The notes below the pieces were generated by a model. That model did no database searches and was not told the origin of the DNA. It worked only from the letters and a program-made list of their open reading frames with translations. A stretch of 63,983 nt of DNA, counting the filler, from Octopus bimaculoides (taxonomy: Eukaryota): assembly GCF_001194135.2 (NCBI RefSeq). It is 6 parts of 6 records of this genome, joined end to end, with 100 filler letters (N's around TTAATTAATTAA, not from the genome) between each part and the next. Parts side by side here need not be neighbours in the genome. Positions count along the whole stretch, not along the records: positions 1 to 27,396 come from NC_068984.1; 5 more parts are not named here. One strand, 5' to 3'. The translations under genes were made by a program, and so were the position numbers. Below are positions 13,937-26,749 of this stretch, piece by piece. Position 1 is the first letter of the stretch, and every line of letters starts with the position of its first letter.

Positions 13937-14574
13937 ACCTAACACTCAGCTTCTTTTCTAGCTGCCTGGTATAATTAGCTGCAACCCTCATTTTGTTCAA
14001 TCCTTCCAAGCTTGTCTCTTCACTTTCATGGCTCTGTCTACTTTGCTGTTCCACCACCACGTTACTCTTTATCTGGCTGGATTGCACCAACCTCAGATTT
14101 AGTTCATCACTCTCAATAGGTTGTCCCTGTGGAATTTCCAGTGGTCTTCTACATTATACCTCAATATCTCTTCCTTTTCATCAAATATAAAGTCACAAGC
14201 CACTAATGTAAAATGAGTGTAGTCTTCATACGAAGAAGGCATCTGAATTTTACAAGCATCTATCTATCGTGTTTTCTGGTCATTTTTCATCAAGTTAATC
14301 TGCAAGAGGTTTTTATAGAATCAATCCTTTTATTTATCGGCCCATTCTGATTGACAAATGTGTGCAAGGATAAGTGTTGTTTTCAACACAAGTTTAGTCT
14401 TAAGAAATTTCACTTAACCTGAACAGTTTTACATTTCTGGTATCTAACTTGTATTCATCTTTTATCTTCTGCTTCTTGCAGTCTTTGGATAGTGACCATG
14501 CTGGGGCACTACTTTGAAGGGCTTAGTTGAACAAATTGAGCCTGGTAGTTATTCTATCATTCTCTTTTTGTTGA

Positions 14575-14815
14575 ACTGCTAAATCATGGATGTCAAGTGG
14601 TGGTGAGGATAAATAAACACAAACACATACATAGATATATACATATGTTTGTTTCCTTGACAGGCTTCTTTCAGGTTCCGTCTACCAAATCCATTCACAA
14701 GGCTTTGGTCAGCCTGAGGTTGTAGTAGAAGACACTTTCCCAAGGTACTATGCAGTGGGACTGAACCCACAACCACATGATTGGGAAACAAGCTTCTTAA
14801 CCACACAACCACACC
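14575..14815 (-). mobile_element. SINE family A
   Basis: caggcttctttcaggttccgtctaccaaatcc..gggactgaacc..accacatg. Confidence 0.85.
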
Positions 14816-15419
14816 TACATAGATTTATTGTAATGATTTATCAACATAAATAAAACTTCTTGATATATGTGAGATACAGTGAAGCTAATTAGTTAATTAC
14901 ATGTGTATGCATGTACACATATAGTGTTAACAATAGTAGTTCAGACTTCATTTAACAAAACCTTAGTAGATTGAAATTCTGATCCTTCAATTATCAGATG
15001 CATGCTTTCTAGCCAAGTTATATATTTTCATATTTCGAAATCAGTCTAATATATGTAATTATTTGACCTTTATTCCAGCACCTTGTATATAGGATTGCAG
15101 TTGGCTGAATTTTAAAGAGTTAAACTGAGGTTGAAGGATTGATAGTTTGTGTCTCATTTCTAGTTCTTCATTCCTAGACACCCATTTCTCTGTTTCCCCA
15201 TCCACTCAAATTTTCTTAGGTTGGTGTTTTATTTACAAAGAGATGTTAAAATAAGCAAGGACTATCTGGTGCCTAATCATCTAGCAATTTCCATTGATTG
15301 AAGTCGAAACAAAAGTATTTAAAACCCTTTAATGACAATCATATTTAAGTATTTATTGTACATTATATTTTATTTCAGTGTTTTTTCCTTATTTAAAAGG
15401 CATTGTGTTCTACTTGTAG

Positions 15420-15648
15420 TACTATTACAACATGGGGAAAAGATGGAGAAGTGAATGGCTTTCAGAATATGCTGGAAAAGTTTCCCAATGGTATAGTTGC
15501 TTGTGTTAGTGACAGCTATGATATTTGGAATGCTTGTGAAAATTTATGGGGTGAAGAGCTGCGAGATTTAGTAATAGAACGAGGTGAGAGAAATGGAAGA
15601 CTTGTAATTCGACCAGATTCTGGTGATCCAGTAGCTGTTGTTTTAAAG
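15420..15648 (+). CDS. NAMPT: NAMPT exon (TITTWGKDGE...VSDSYD...IRPDSGDP..VLK)
   Basis: tgtag acceptor completing the Ser codon AG|T, gtatga donor, 229 bp. Confidence 0.97.
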
Positions 15649-16244
15649 GTATGATTCTAAGTTTATTATTTTCTAAATCCTGTTTGATATAGTGTTATTT
15701 TTATAAGTTACCCTTTGATGAATATCTCTAATTATAAGCCGTGAATCTATTTTATTTATCTAACTGACACAGAATATATTAATATTTATCCTTTATTTAC
15801 ATATGCACACATTTGTATAATTTTATTATCACTCAATTCTTTGCATGATAGTTTGAGTTGAAGTTAACAATAATATCTGAAGATTACTCTGTAGTATGAA
15901 TTTATAACATTGAATTTTATACCTGTATAAAATTCATTTGCACCAAAGTCATATCCTCTTGATCTCATTTAGCCAATTTGATTTCATAATCTGTTTGAAA
16001 ATACCATTATTATTGACATTCTTCTAATTTACTGAAATTACGATGGTAATTAGAAAGAACCTGACATGAATGTAGATGAAAGTAGAAAAATATAGTGATG
16101 GCTGTATGTGGCTAAAATCATGTCATTTGTTAAATACCATCGTATAACAACATGAAGCTGGCATGTAAAACTATATAATTTGAGAAGGAACATATTTTTT
16201 TATATTTAATATTGGTACATTAAAAAAAATGTTTTCTTTAATAG

Positions 16245-16508
16245 GTTCTCAATATTTTGGGGAGTAAATTTGGTACTGTGACAAACAAAAAAGGCTTCAA
16301 AGAACTTCCGCCATATCTGAGAATTATTCAGGGTGATGGTATTTGCTATGAAATGCTTGATAAAATCTTAGGAGCAATGAAACAAGAAGGTTGGAGTGCA
16401 AATAATCTGGCATTTGGTAGTGGTGGTGCCCTTTTACAGAAACTTGATAGAGACACACAGAAATGTGCTTTCAAATGTAGTTCTATGACCAATGAAAATG
16501 GATTGGTG
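16245..16508 (+). CDS. NAMPT: NAMPT exon (VLNILGSKFG...RIIQGDG...FGSGGALLQK..RD..KCAFKCS)
   Basis: aatag acceptor, gtaagt donor, 264 bp in phase 0. Confidence 0.97.
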
Positions 16509-16788
16509 GTAAGTAACACTTATTATCTACAGTAAGCTATTATTTTAATTTGCCTTTTGTTATTTGCAGATGTAGTTCACACACCCTATTAAAGGTTCTG
16601 TAAATAACAATGTTCTAAATGTACATTACAATTTCATCTCCACTTTTCTAAATCTTTATTTCATCTTTTTATTTAGAGGTATTATTAACAGTCATATATT
16701 AGTTTCAGTTCTCAGTTTGAACTGCTATATTTGCAAAAAGTGTGTGTTTTCTCTCTGTATAAATACAAGGTTTTATAATCATCATCAT

Positions 16789-17590
16789 TATCATTTAATG
16801 CTCATTTTCCATGCTAGCACAGGTTGGATGGTTTGACAAGAGCTGGCAAACCAGAAGATTTCACTATCTGTTTAGGCATGGTTATTATGGCTGGATGCCC
16901 TTCTTAACACCAACCACCAAACAGTGGACTGAGTGCTTTTATGCAGTACCAGCACTGGCAAGGTCTGTTTTGGCATGGTTTTTACAGCTGGTTGCCTTTC
17001 CAAATGCCAACCACTTTACAGTGTGAACTGGATGCTTTTTATGTGGCACCGGCAGGGACACCAAATAACTCACAAAACAAAGATCGTTTGAGAGTGGGGG
17101 AATTGGAGGATGTGGCTTTGTGCCAGGTGATGAGAGGTTAGAGTGTGATAGAAGGGCAGAAACAGGTGTCTTGCTGCAGAGGAGATACATGGTTATCCAG
17201 TCAGAGAGAGAGAGAGAGAGAGTGATCAAGAATGAGTGGGAGAGTGTGAGAATGCAAGACAGAAGTGTGAGAGACAGAGATGGTGGTGAAATGTGAGGGC
17301 ATACCCTCAAGGTATGGGGATCAGAATATAAATGGACTGGCAAAGGTGCATGAGTAGGGAGTAGGAACTTCACATGAAAGCAAAGAACAGGGTGAGGATT
17401 GCAGCGACTGGTGGAACCTGGGTATATGAGGGACAACAGGATAGTAATGAGCAAAGCAGTGAGGACAGGATTGAGGAGCAAGAGATAAGCATAAGAATAG
17501 TGCATGAAAGAGAGGAAATGTGAAGAGAGATGTAGTTTGGTTTGTTGGTGTAGGGTGTGTGAAAAAATGTTAAGTGTTTGGAAATCACTC
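16789..17590 (-). mobile_element. SINE/LINE 3' end with (GAT)n tail and purine-rich body
   Basis: catcatcatcatt..tttccatgctagcacaggttggatgg..ggatgcccttc..; the tail is related to the 4130-4205 sequence. Confidence 0.55.
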
Positions 17591-17639
17591 TAATTAGGAA
17601 TTACAAGATGACTTAATTTTTTAAAATTTTTTTTTATAG

Positions 17640-17783
<144 letters not shown>

Positions 17784-18579
17784 TGAAAAGTTGTTTATCT
17801 CAAAAATATATCCTTTAAAGTATAAACTGTCTTATTGTGGAAAATATGTTAGACGCTATATTTCAATGAGATAGCTGAAATGCTGTCATTTTGTTGTGGC
17901 CTATTTATTATGCCTGTTTCTAAGTTGTTGAGGGTAAGGTGTCAAAGACAAAGCGATTTTATACTTTTATTTAGATAAAGTTACTTAAAGACATGGAAGT
18001 CAAATAACTAATAATGACACCCAGACTTGCATAGGTACATAACTGAAAAGGATGAAAACAACATGGTAAAATATTTTATGGTTTAATGAAGGCTCTATTT
18101 TCTCTCTACTTCAGTTTCTCTGAAAATGGCCAATTAAAGCTCCTATACACAGTTGACTCATTTATTTATAAATTGTCACTTTAACCTACATTCCAGCTCT
18201 CAGTACTATTAATTACTGAACAAGGTTACAGCCCTAAACATAAGAATTTAGATTAAAAATTAATTAATAGTTCTGTAACTTGTTCACTATTTTTAATAAT
18301 AGATCTTCAATAATTTTCCTCACAAATAATCTGAAGACTGCTTCATGTAAAAGTAAAATAGCTGTCATAAGTGTTTGGGGGTGGGGGATAATGGCTGAGG
18401 TTGTGGTAATGCAAGACTAACTGCACTGAAATTAGTTTAAACCTATTTCATTGATTGTGTCATTGTTGTAACAGTTGAAATAAATGCACAAATTTCCCAG
18501 CCATTCAAGAAGGGGAATTAAAGGAATGATACATATACTGCATTGCTATAATTATCCTTTTTTTAAAATTTTTCTTCAG

Positions 18580-18678
18580 GATCTCTTGGATGTTGTATAT
18601 GAAAATGGAAAGCTATTAAAATATTATACTTTTGATGATGTACGGAAGCAAGCAGAAATTGAGAAATTACGAACTTAA
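18580..18678 (+). CDS. NAMPT: NAMPT terminal exon (DLLDVVYENGKLLKYYTFDDVRKQAEIEKLRT*)
   Basis: ttcag acceptor, TAA at 18676-18678. The eight exons sum to 1365 nt with no internal stop. Confidence 0.96.
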   Translation, partial: DLLDVVYENGKLLKYYTFDDVRKQAEIEKLRT

Positions 18679-18780
18679 TTAGTTTATGTCAAATGATACT
18701 GACAAGCATATTAAAAGAAAGTGATAAAATCAAAAGGTGCATTTTTGAAATTTATTTACATAAAAATGACTCTTTTTACA

Positions 18781-18786
18781 AATAAA
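18781..18786 (+). promoter_or_regulatory. Proximal polyadenylation signal AATAAA (3'UTR copy 1)
   Basis: AATAAA about 100 nt after the NAMPT stop, with T-rich sequence downstream. Confidence 0.5.
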
Positions 18787-19416
18787 GAATTTTGTTTAAA
18801 TAAGCAAAATTCTTTCATTAAAATAATTTTTACACTTAAAAAAATATATAAAATGTTAGTTATTTTTATTATTTATTCTTTATAAAAATAATAATCAAGT
18901 TTGCCTTTTAGTTTCCACCCTAAAAATAATGGTATGGGAAGTTGGTGTCAGTAAATTTGTCTGTTAAAGACTACTATACAATCACTATCACAAATTTCCT
19001 AATTAAATATCATTTATTGTATATAGAAAACAAATTACATACCTTGTAGCTACATTGGACCTACATGTTTCACCACCTTATGTCTTAAATGAAAATGCAT
19101 GACAACTTATCACAACGTTGCAGATATTGGAGTGATGTAAATAAACACTTCTGAGAAATTTTGTACATTGATAAATACTTTAGCTCTTGTCTGCAAGGAA
19201 AAGTAAATACTTTAAATATTTAGAAAACAAATAAAATTGGTGGGGGAGAACTTAAAGGCTTGTAAGTTTTGCTCCTAGATCATTTGAAACAAGTTTTGAT
19301 CCGAGACCATCTGAAACAATCATATATTTAGTTTGTGTCAAATGATACTACTAAGCAGTAATAAAATCATAAGGTTCGTTTTTTAAATTTATTTACACAA
19401 AAAAATGACTCTTACA

Positions 19417-19422
19417 AATAAA
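19417..19422 (+). promoter_or_regulatory. Distal polyadenylation signal AATAAA (3'UTR copy 2)
   Basis: Homologous position within the duplicated UTR block. Confidence 0.4.
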
Positions 19423-19964
19423 GAATTTTGTTTAAATTAATGGAAGCAAAATCCTTTCATTAAAACAAGTGTTTATTTACTCCACTCCAACAAAACTAAT
19501 CCATTTATATTAAAGGATTGTTTCATTTTTACACATTTTCTCTAATTTAAGTACCATTTAAACACCCTTCATTTCAGCCAATTGTTTTCATCAGAAAATT
19601 ATATTTATGAAATTCTTTCAAGCCATTCCAACTTCAATGTTCATATGAATCGAAGACTCTTAAATAAAATATATGGTTTTCAAAGCTAAAAATCTTCTAG
19701 TTCTTGTAGTAACTGGATGTTAAGGGCATCAAGATTTACTCCTTCATGTATTGTGTTTTCCTCATTACCATCATCCTCAGGTTCTTGGTCGAGCTCATTA
19801 ATCTGAAATATTAATTTATGAAGAGATTAGTGAAGTCAAACTAGCTTCTTTTTGGTTGCTGATAGTGTCATTCTGTATTTAGTACACAAATAATTTATGA
19901 TTTCTAGCAGTGGCCAAATTTTTCATTTACAGAAACTGGAAAAGGTGAGGCAGTAGTGTTAATA

Positions 19965-20301
19965 CAAGATGGTATCAAAAAGTTACCAAACTAGTTATGT
20001 TTGATAAAAAATAACTTATATTTACCTAAGTTTTAACATCATCTCCTTTAAAATAGTCATCTTGTGCTAAAACACCAGTCCCAGTATTCCCACCACTTTT
20101 GGAATCCAGCCTGGGTGTCATTTTCTGTAAGTCAACTGCAGGCAACAGCATACACATGATCACAAATTTCACAACTTGCGAAGAAAACACAGCGATATCA
20201 CTTGGCACACTGCCTCATGAAGGTCACTGTGCATGCATCTATGTGATGCCATCTGTTGATGTGCTACAGAGCTAGTTCAGGAACTTTTTGATACCACCTT
20301 G
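19965..20301. mobile_element. mariner-type MITE, 337 bp
   Basis: TA at both ends; TIRs CAAGATGGTATCAAAAAGTTACCAAACTAG and CAAGGTGGTATCAAAAAGTTCCTGAACTAG. Confidence 0.85.
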
Positions 20302-20908
20302 TAAGTTTTCTATCATAAAATTGATGGTGGTAAAATAAAAAAAGTTGTTTATCAACTATTTTTTTTTTTGATTTTACAAAACAAAAAAAAAAAGTTGTTT
20401 CAAGAAGTGAATTGAAATGTACTTGTTGGAATAATAAAGGTCAATAAGAAAATATCAGTTTGAGGAAATTAGAAATTCCTGCTGTTAGGGAAATAATGAA
20501 CATGCTGAGCAATACATTGGTAACTACTCCAGAATAAATGGTTATGGATACAGATTTATAAATGAACTAAACCTTTACAACATAAACTTTAGGAAAGCAA
20601 CCAGCTACTTGATCACCTACCAATCAATTAATTATACAAGCCAGATATACTTAACTCTCATCAGGAAATGGAACAGCTAGGGGTTTGTGAATATTGAGTT
20701 TTCCCATAGTGATGAATGTACCACTCACCCTAGATTAGTGGCTGATAGAGATAAGACAATCTAGAGAAGGAATGTACCTGGAAACTGAAATATCTTTCTG
20801 TAAATATACATTCAGAGAAGTTCTGGGAGATTTATATGATAAAGAGGAAATAGATGCCTAAATATAGAGGACAACATTGATGAAGATAATCTAGTCCGAA
20901 GAGTGGAG

Positions 20909-21098
20909 TTATGGGGATACTTAAATGATAATATTTACAGTAAAGAACTGCCAACTATTGACAAACTGAGGGCAACCCTTGAATGAAAGCACACACAAAT
21001 ATAGACTGAAATGCTACTTGATGTTTGCGAGTCCACTGCTTCTCATTATCAGAAGTGCAGGGACCAGAATGTCACCAGTTCGAAAACAAGTATTCATA
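20909..21098 (+). mobile_element. Tc1/mariner transposase C-terminal remnant
   Basis: LWGYLNDNIYSKELPTIDKLR...CRDQN.HQFENKYS* with stops and a frameshift. Confidence 0.6.
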
Positions 21099-21462
21099 AA
21101 AAAAATGAAATTCTATCTGTAGATTCTACCGAGTTGAAAATGAAATGAAATGTATTTTAATACTGATTTAATAATCATTCAATGTGTGTACTCATTCTTT
21201 AAGACACACAGTATATTAAAGTATTTAGTTATGCACTTGCATTCCAAACACAAACCTTACAGAATGATTGTCATTTCAATTAGTTACTAATTATTTACAC
21301 TAGTAATTATAATATTGTCTACAATTAACTTCATGTCAGTTGACCTCATAAAGCAACAGCTATTGTATTTCATTTAATCTCAAGTACTAGTGTTGATTCA
21401 ATCATCTGTACACCTTCCTATAAACTTTTGGCTTTGTCCTAATACTTGAAATTATTATTATT

Positions 21463-21670
21463 GGTGCTGGTAGAATTGTCAGCATACTGGGCAAAATGCT
21501 TAGAGGCATTTCATCTGCCTTTATGTTCTGAGTTCAAATTCCGCTGAGGTTAACTTTGCTTTTCCTCCTTTTGGGGGTTGATAAAATAAATATCAATTGA
21601 GCACTGGGGTTGATGTAATCAACTTCCCTTCCCTGAACTTGCTGGCCATGAACCAAAATTTGAAAAAATC
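21463..21670 (+). mobile_element. SINE family B, decayed
   Basis: A box gctggtagaattgt and B box gagttcaaattcc; homologous to 3048-3250. Confidence 0.8.
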
Positions 21671-22807
21671 ATCATCACTGGTAATGTGTTTTGATATAAC
21701 TGAGTTCATAATGCTGGTTCTTACTTGTTATAACTTCAAAAGCTATTGTTTCTAGAAAAAGTGCAACCTTTCATTTTCTTCTGTGATTAATGTCTTAGTA
21801 AATAAATATGGAAACACATTCCTTTGGTAATTAGAAACAACAGCCATGAATTTTAAAAGAATTAAATTATTTGCTTCATTTTATTTCAAACTTTATGAAC
21901 TGCTACTTCATACTGAAGAGGATAAAAATCGAAAACTAGAGCAAGGTTTTCAGACACAACTGCAAACTGCTTGATAGTTTATCAATTAGGAAGTGAGATA
22001 TCAGCATCAATATTTTCTGCTATCATTGGTTAGCAATATAATGAAGGTGATAAGCTCTTAGGGACTCTGGACCTAGGTGCTTGATCATAGTTAATACCCT
22101 TTGGAAATATTCAAAGATATGAACATTACAATCTTCCTTCTGTTTCTCAGAAATCAATATAACTGATCACTTGTTAATGGACACCTCAGATCTGTGTGTA
22201 GAATAAAATATATTTTTATACCAATATTACCTCTCTGTATATAACACACTAGTATGATCATACCAGTCAGCTGCCTAAAAGGCACTAGATCACTTCACTT
22301 ACAATAATAGAGAATTTACACACATCTGTTCCATTAACAATTATAACAATATCAATAATGAATCAATTTTAGAATTAAAATTTAAAAAAAGCTGCTGGTG
22401 ATATTTTTACAATTGACTAAAAGTCATCAACTTCATATCCAATTAAGATGATCTTCCTTTGTTATAATATTTCTTGAAGTTATAAAATAAATATTTGTTT
22501 TTACCTCAAGTAAATTTGTTTCAAATGTCTCTCCACAGTAGATATCAGGTTTAGAAGTGTTTAATTCAGCACAAATCTTTCCATTTGGCAGCACTAACAC
22601 AAGAATTTTCGAGAAAGCATTTACAATAGATCGTTGATAACAGATTTTCCGTGCTTTGTGATATGCTGTGAGTTTTTGTAAAGGATCTGCAGAGAAACGA
22701 GATTTTTAAAAAATTAGTGCATGGACTAAAATACAGAAAGAAGAAGGATTACAAAGAAAAACTGATATTTAAACAAACTACCCAACTAATAGAAAGTTGT
22801 AAAAATA

Positions 22808-24256
22808 TCTATATATATAAAAATGAGAATGTGTGTCTGTCTGTCTGTGTGAATCCCTAAAACTCGAGAACTACGCAACCAATTTCATTCAAATTTTACA
22901 CATGCCTTACTTAGGGTTCCAGTTGTGTTTTAGTCAAAAAAAATAATTAATTTCTTGCAGAGTTCGAGCACACGGCAACATAATATCTCCTCCACTATTT
23001 AAGTATTACGTGTCAAAAGTGAAACAAAAACACTCATGTCAAATACTTTCACTTTAAAAATGAAACTATTCCACTAACTGAAACAATCACATTTCGATAC
23101 TGTAGTGACAGATACTTTCACAGAGAGAGAAAGAGAGAGAGAGATGTATATGTATACATATACATGTATATGTACACCATNNNNNNNNNNNNNNNNNNNN
23201 NNNNNNNNNNNNNNNNNNNNNNNNNNNNNNNNNNNNNNNNNNNNNNNNNNNNNNNNNNNNNNNNNNNNNNNNNNNNNNNNNNNNNNNNNNNNNNNNNNNN
23301 NNNNNNNNNNNNNNNNNNNNNNNNNNNNNNNNNNNNNNNNNNNNNNNNNNNNNNNNNNNNNNNNNNNNNNNNNNNNNNNNNNNNNNNNNNNNNNNNNNNN
23401 NNNNNNNNNNNNNNNNNNNNNNNNNNNNNNNNNNNNNNNNNNNNNNNNNNNNNNNNNNNNNNNNNNNNNNNNNNNNNNNNNNNNNNNNNNNNNNNNNNNN
23501 NNNNNNNNNNNNNNNNNNNNNNNNNNNNNNNNNNNNNNNNNNNNNNNNNNNNNNNNNNNNNNNNNNNNNNNNNNNNNNNNNNNNNNNNNNNNNNNNNNNN
23601 NNNNNNNNNNNNNNNNNNNNNNNNNNNNNNNNNNNNNNNNNNNNNNNNNNNNNNNNNNNNNNNNNNNNNNNNNNNNNNNNNNNNNNNNNNNNNNNNNNNN
23701 NNNNNNNNNNNNNNNNNNNNNNNNNNNNNNNNNNNNNNNNNNNNNNNNNNNNNNNNNNNNNNNNNNNNNNNNNNNNNNNNNNNNNNNNNNNNNNNNNNNN
23801 NNNNNNNNNNNNNNNNNNNNNNNNNNNNNNNNNNNNNNNNNNNNNNNNNNNNNNNNNNNNNNNNNNNNNNNNNNNNNNNNNNNNNNNNNNNNNNNNNNNN
23901 NNNNNNNGTCTGTAGCTGGTCTTCTCTTGGAAGAGCTCTGCTTCTCACATGGACAACTGTATGTTGGCTGCTCAAGAGTGGGCAGCAACAAAAAACCTAT
24001 TTGTATATGCTCCACAAGGGAAAACAAGGAACATAATTTACAATGAGGTGTTATAATCACAACAGCAAGAAAGTATGTACATGATCACCTTCTTTTACGA
24101 AACTTCATTGACTTTCATATATTTATATTGATATACGTGTGTTTGGGTGCGTGTGTGTATATACATCTCTATATATAAAGATGATGCGTAGTCTAGACGG
24201 CGTTTTTAGATTTCATTATTCTCTTTAACCCGAGCAACGCCGGGTATTTCTGCTAG
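22808..24256 (+). mobile_element. Helitron (5' end, gap, RepHel helicase C-terminus, 3' hairpin and CTAG)
   Basis: A|TC 5' end. CFSHGQLYVGCSRVG and, after a 1-nt frameshift, LFVYAPQGKTRNIIYNEVL* at 23910-24056. ACCCG-agcaacgc-CGGGT hairpin then CTAG|T at 24253-24257. Confidence 0.88.
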
Positions 24257-25623
24257 TCTTTAATATAATCTTTGATACCATCATTATAATATTATAAATA
24301 TATCAAATAGTAACAGTAATTAAGTTATTTGATGTAGACTGCCAACAAAATATTTATCCATAATTTACTTCCATACTAATAAAATAAACAAACATCATGA
24401 CCTTTTCATTGATTAACCCATTTTCCTAATCTTGGGTGAAATGAGCCAAACATTTTGAAATTTCAGGTCAATTTTACAAGGTTTTACCAAACCCATTATT
24501 CAACTTTACTTAACCTATCACTTTAAATTTAGTCTTTCCTTCAAATTTATATTTAAAATCCTCTTACCCATTTCATTTCTAAATCCACTTAACAAGCATC
24601 ACACACACAATACCTTTTATGCACACAAATGAGAAATACAAAAATCTCCCAATTTAACTTTGTTGTCTTCTCTATAAAGATCTACTCCAGTTTATGGAGA
24701 ATCACAACAGTGTGTATCATTCCTCCTAGATATGGGCAATCATTTTAAGCTCACCAACCTCAAGTCTATCCTCCTCTCATTTCCAACAGCCCAAGTGATG
24801 GAAATCCTTAGTAACCACCTTGAATTTCTTCCTCTTGATTTTTTAGTTATTTTCATAGAAATAGATCTATCAAAACTCTGCTCTTCTACATCACACACTA
24901 TGTTCTCTCTTTTTGAATTATAGTAAAAATAATGTTGCCTTAAACATTTACAAAGCTTTCAATTGTGTTTAGCTTGAGAACCTACCAAGGTCCTTCATTA
25001 CAGGTACATCATCTATTTCATCTCTAGGATAAGAAATTTCCTGTCAGACTGCTTCATTACAAATTAACAAAGTTCTTTGTCAATGCCATACCTCATAATT
25101 TTCAGTATGTTTCTACACTCTTCTGTACATTACTAATTTACTTAGCTTTACTTCTAAATATGCACCCATCAACAGCTGACAACCAATCTTCACTCACAGA
25201 CAACATCCATGTCTCTGTGCCAGACTCAAACTACTTCCAAGAGCACTGATCTCAAAAACAGCCTTCAATGAAGACAACAACCTGATCACCTTCAACAAAG
25301 CACCAAGTCACAGTCACTAGATGTATCAGGTTTTGAACTACATCTTACCTATGCATGAACAAGATACAGCTTTAATTCCCACAATCACTACAAATGCTCT
25401 ATCTCACAATCTCTGACAATTACTTATTCTCTTCTTTTACTTATTTCATTCACTGGACTATGGCCACACTGGGGCACTTCCTTAACAAATCAACCACATT
25501 ATTTAACCTATTTTTCTATTTTTAAAGTCTGGTACTTATTCTATCAGTCACTAAGGTACAGGGCTATACACAAATTAACACCTGTTGTTAAGTGATGTGG
25601 AGACAAACACACATACATGTGTA

Positions 25624-26482
25624 CAAGGTCTGATCAATAAGTATCCAGACTGTTGTCATGGTAAGGAAGCTAAAGCATGCAGAGTGAAACTGCTTGGCAA
25701 ACATTGACCTTGAACTCTGCTGTGCATGCACACTAAGTTTTAACATTCTAGTTCACTTCTGCTGTTTACAGCAGTGCTTGGAAAGAATGTGTGCAGTGTG
25801 TGATCGTCACAATCACCATGACAGAGAAAGTTGTCATGCTCAGAGGCTTACGCAAAGTTGCAGAAAATGTATGAGCTGCACACAAGTGTACAAGTGGTTC
25901 AGATGTTTCCAAGATGGGCGAAAAAATGTCGATATTGACAAACATTCTGGGAGACCTGCAACCAGCAGAACTGAGAAAAACATCACAGATGTGCATGCAG
26001 CTGTGAGGGATATTGTTGAACCACCATCCATGAGTTATCAGAGGATGTGCAGATTAGTTGTGGTTCAGTATGGCCCATTATCACTGAAGATTTGGGTATG
26101 AGACATGTGTCTACCATGTTTGTGCCAAAACTGCTTTCAGCTGATCAAAAAGGTACTTGGGTTTCAGTTGCACAAGATCTTGATTCTGTCGAGAATGATG
26201 AAAACTTTTTGAAAACTTTGCATAGGTCTCTGAGCAGGCTTTTGGCCTGCTCCAAGCTTTTGGCAAAATTTGATGCAGATTCTGTCATGGTCAATGTGAC
26301 AATCACACGCTATACACCTTCTTTCCAAGCACTGCTGTAAACAGTGGAAGTGAGCTAGAATGTTAAAACTAAGTTTACTTACACAACAGAGTTCAAAGTC
26401 AATCTGTGCCAAGCGGCTTTGCTCAGTGTGGTTTAGCTTCATTACTATGGCAACAGTCTGGATACTTATTGATCAAACCACA
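25624..26482. mobile_element. mariner derivative with long inverted arms (fold-back)
   Basis: TA at both ends; TIR core GATCAATAAGTATCCAGACTGTTG. Inverted homology runs ~200 bp inward; transposase N-terminal fragments on both strands (TQVYKWFRCFQDGR; RICIKFCQKLG). Confidence 0.8.
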
Positions 26483-26749
26483 TACATATATTTCGTAGTG
26501 CTCTACCTGTCAACGTTTGCCCCACCCACATTTCAACCACTGACACCAAAAAAGCAGTGGTGCTGGTACCATGTTAAAAACACTGGTATTGGTGCCACGC
26601 AAAAAGCACCAGTGATGATGCCATGTAAAAAGCACCCAGTACACTCTGTAAAGTAGTTGGTGTAAGGAAAGCAATCCAGATGCAAAAACAAAGTCAAATC
26701 AGACTATGGAAGTTGGTGCAATTCTTAACTTGGCCAGCTCCTATCAAAC

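Larger units (their letters stand above)
10430..14480 (-). mobile_element. RTE LINE, degenerate, interrupted by a solo LTR and a Tc1 element
   Basis: Linker RVTWWWNSKVDRAMKVKRQAWK at ~14.0-14.1 kb continues as YLAR..KKDKGF..DKCVQMDNG at 12.2-12.4 kb and WKQNLESKSLQVNLAKTKVLV at ~11.9 kb. The 3' boundary is approximate. Confidence 0.75.

Noticed and set aside
21913-21945. CTGAAGA-GGATaaaaATC-GAAA hammerhead-like string
   Set aside because: No UH cleavage triplet pairing with A15.1 and no stem I; at best a decayed relic.
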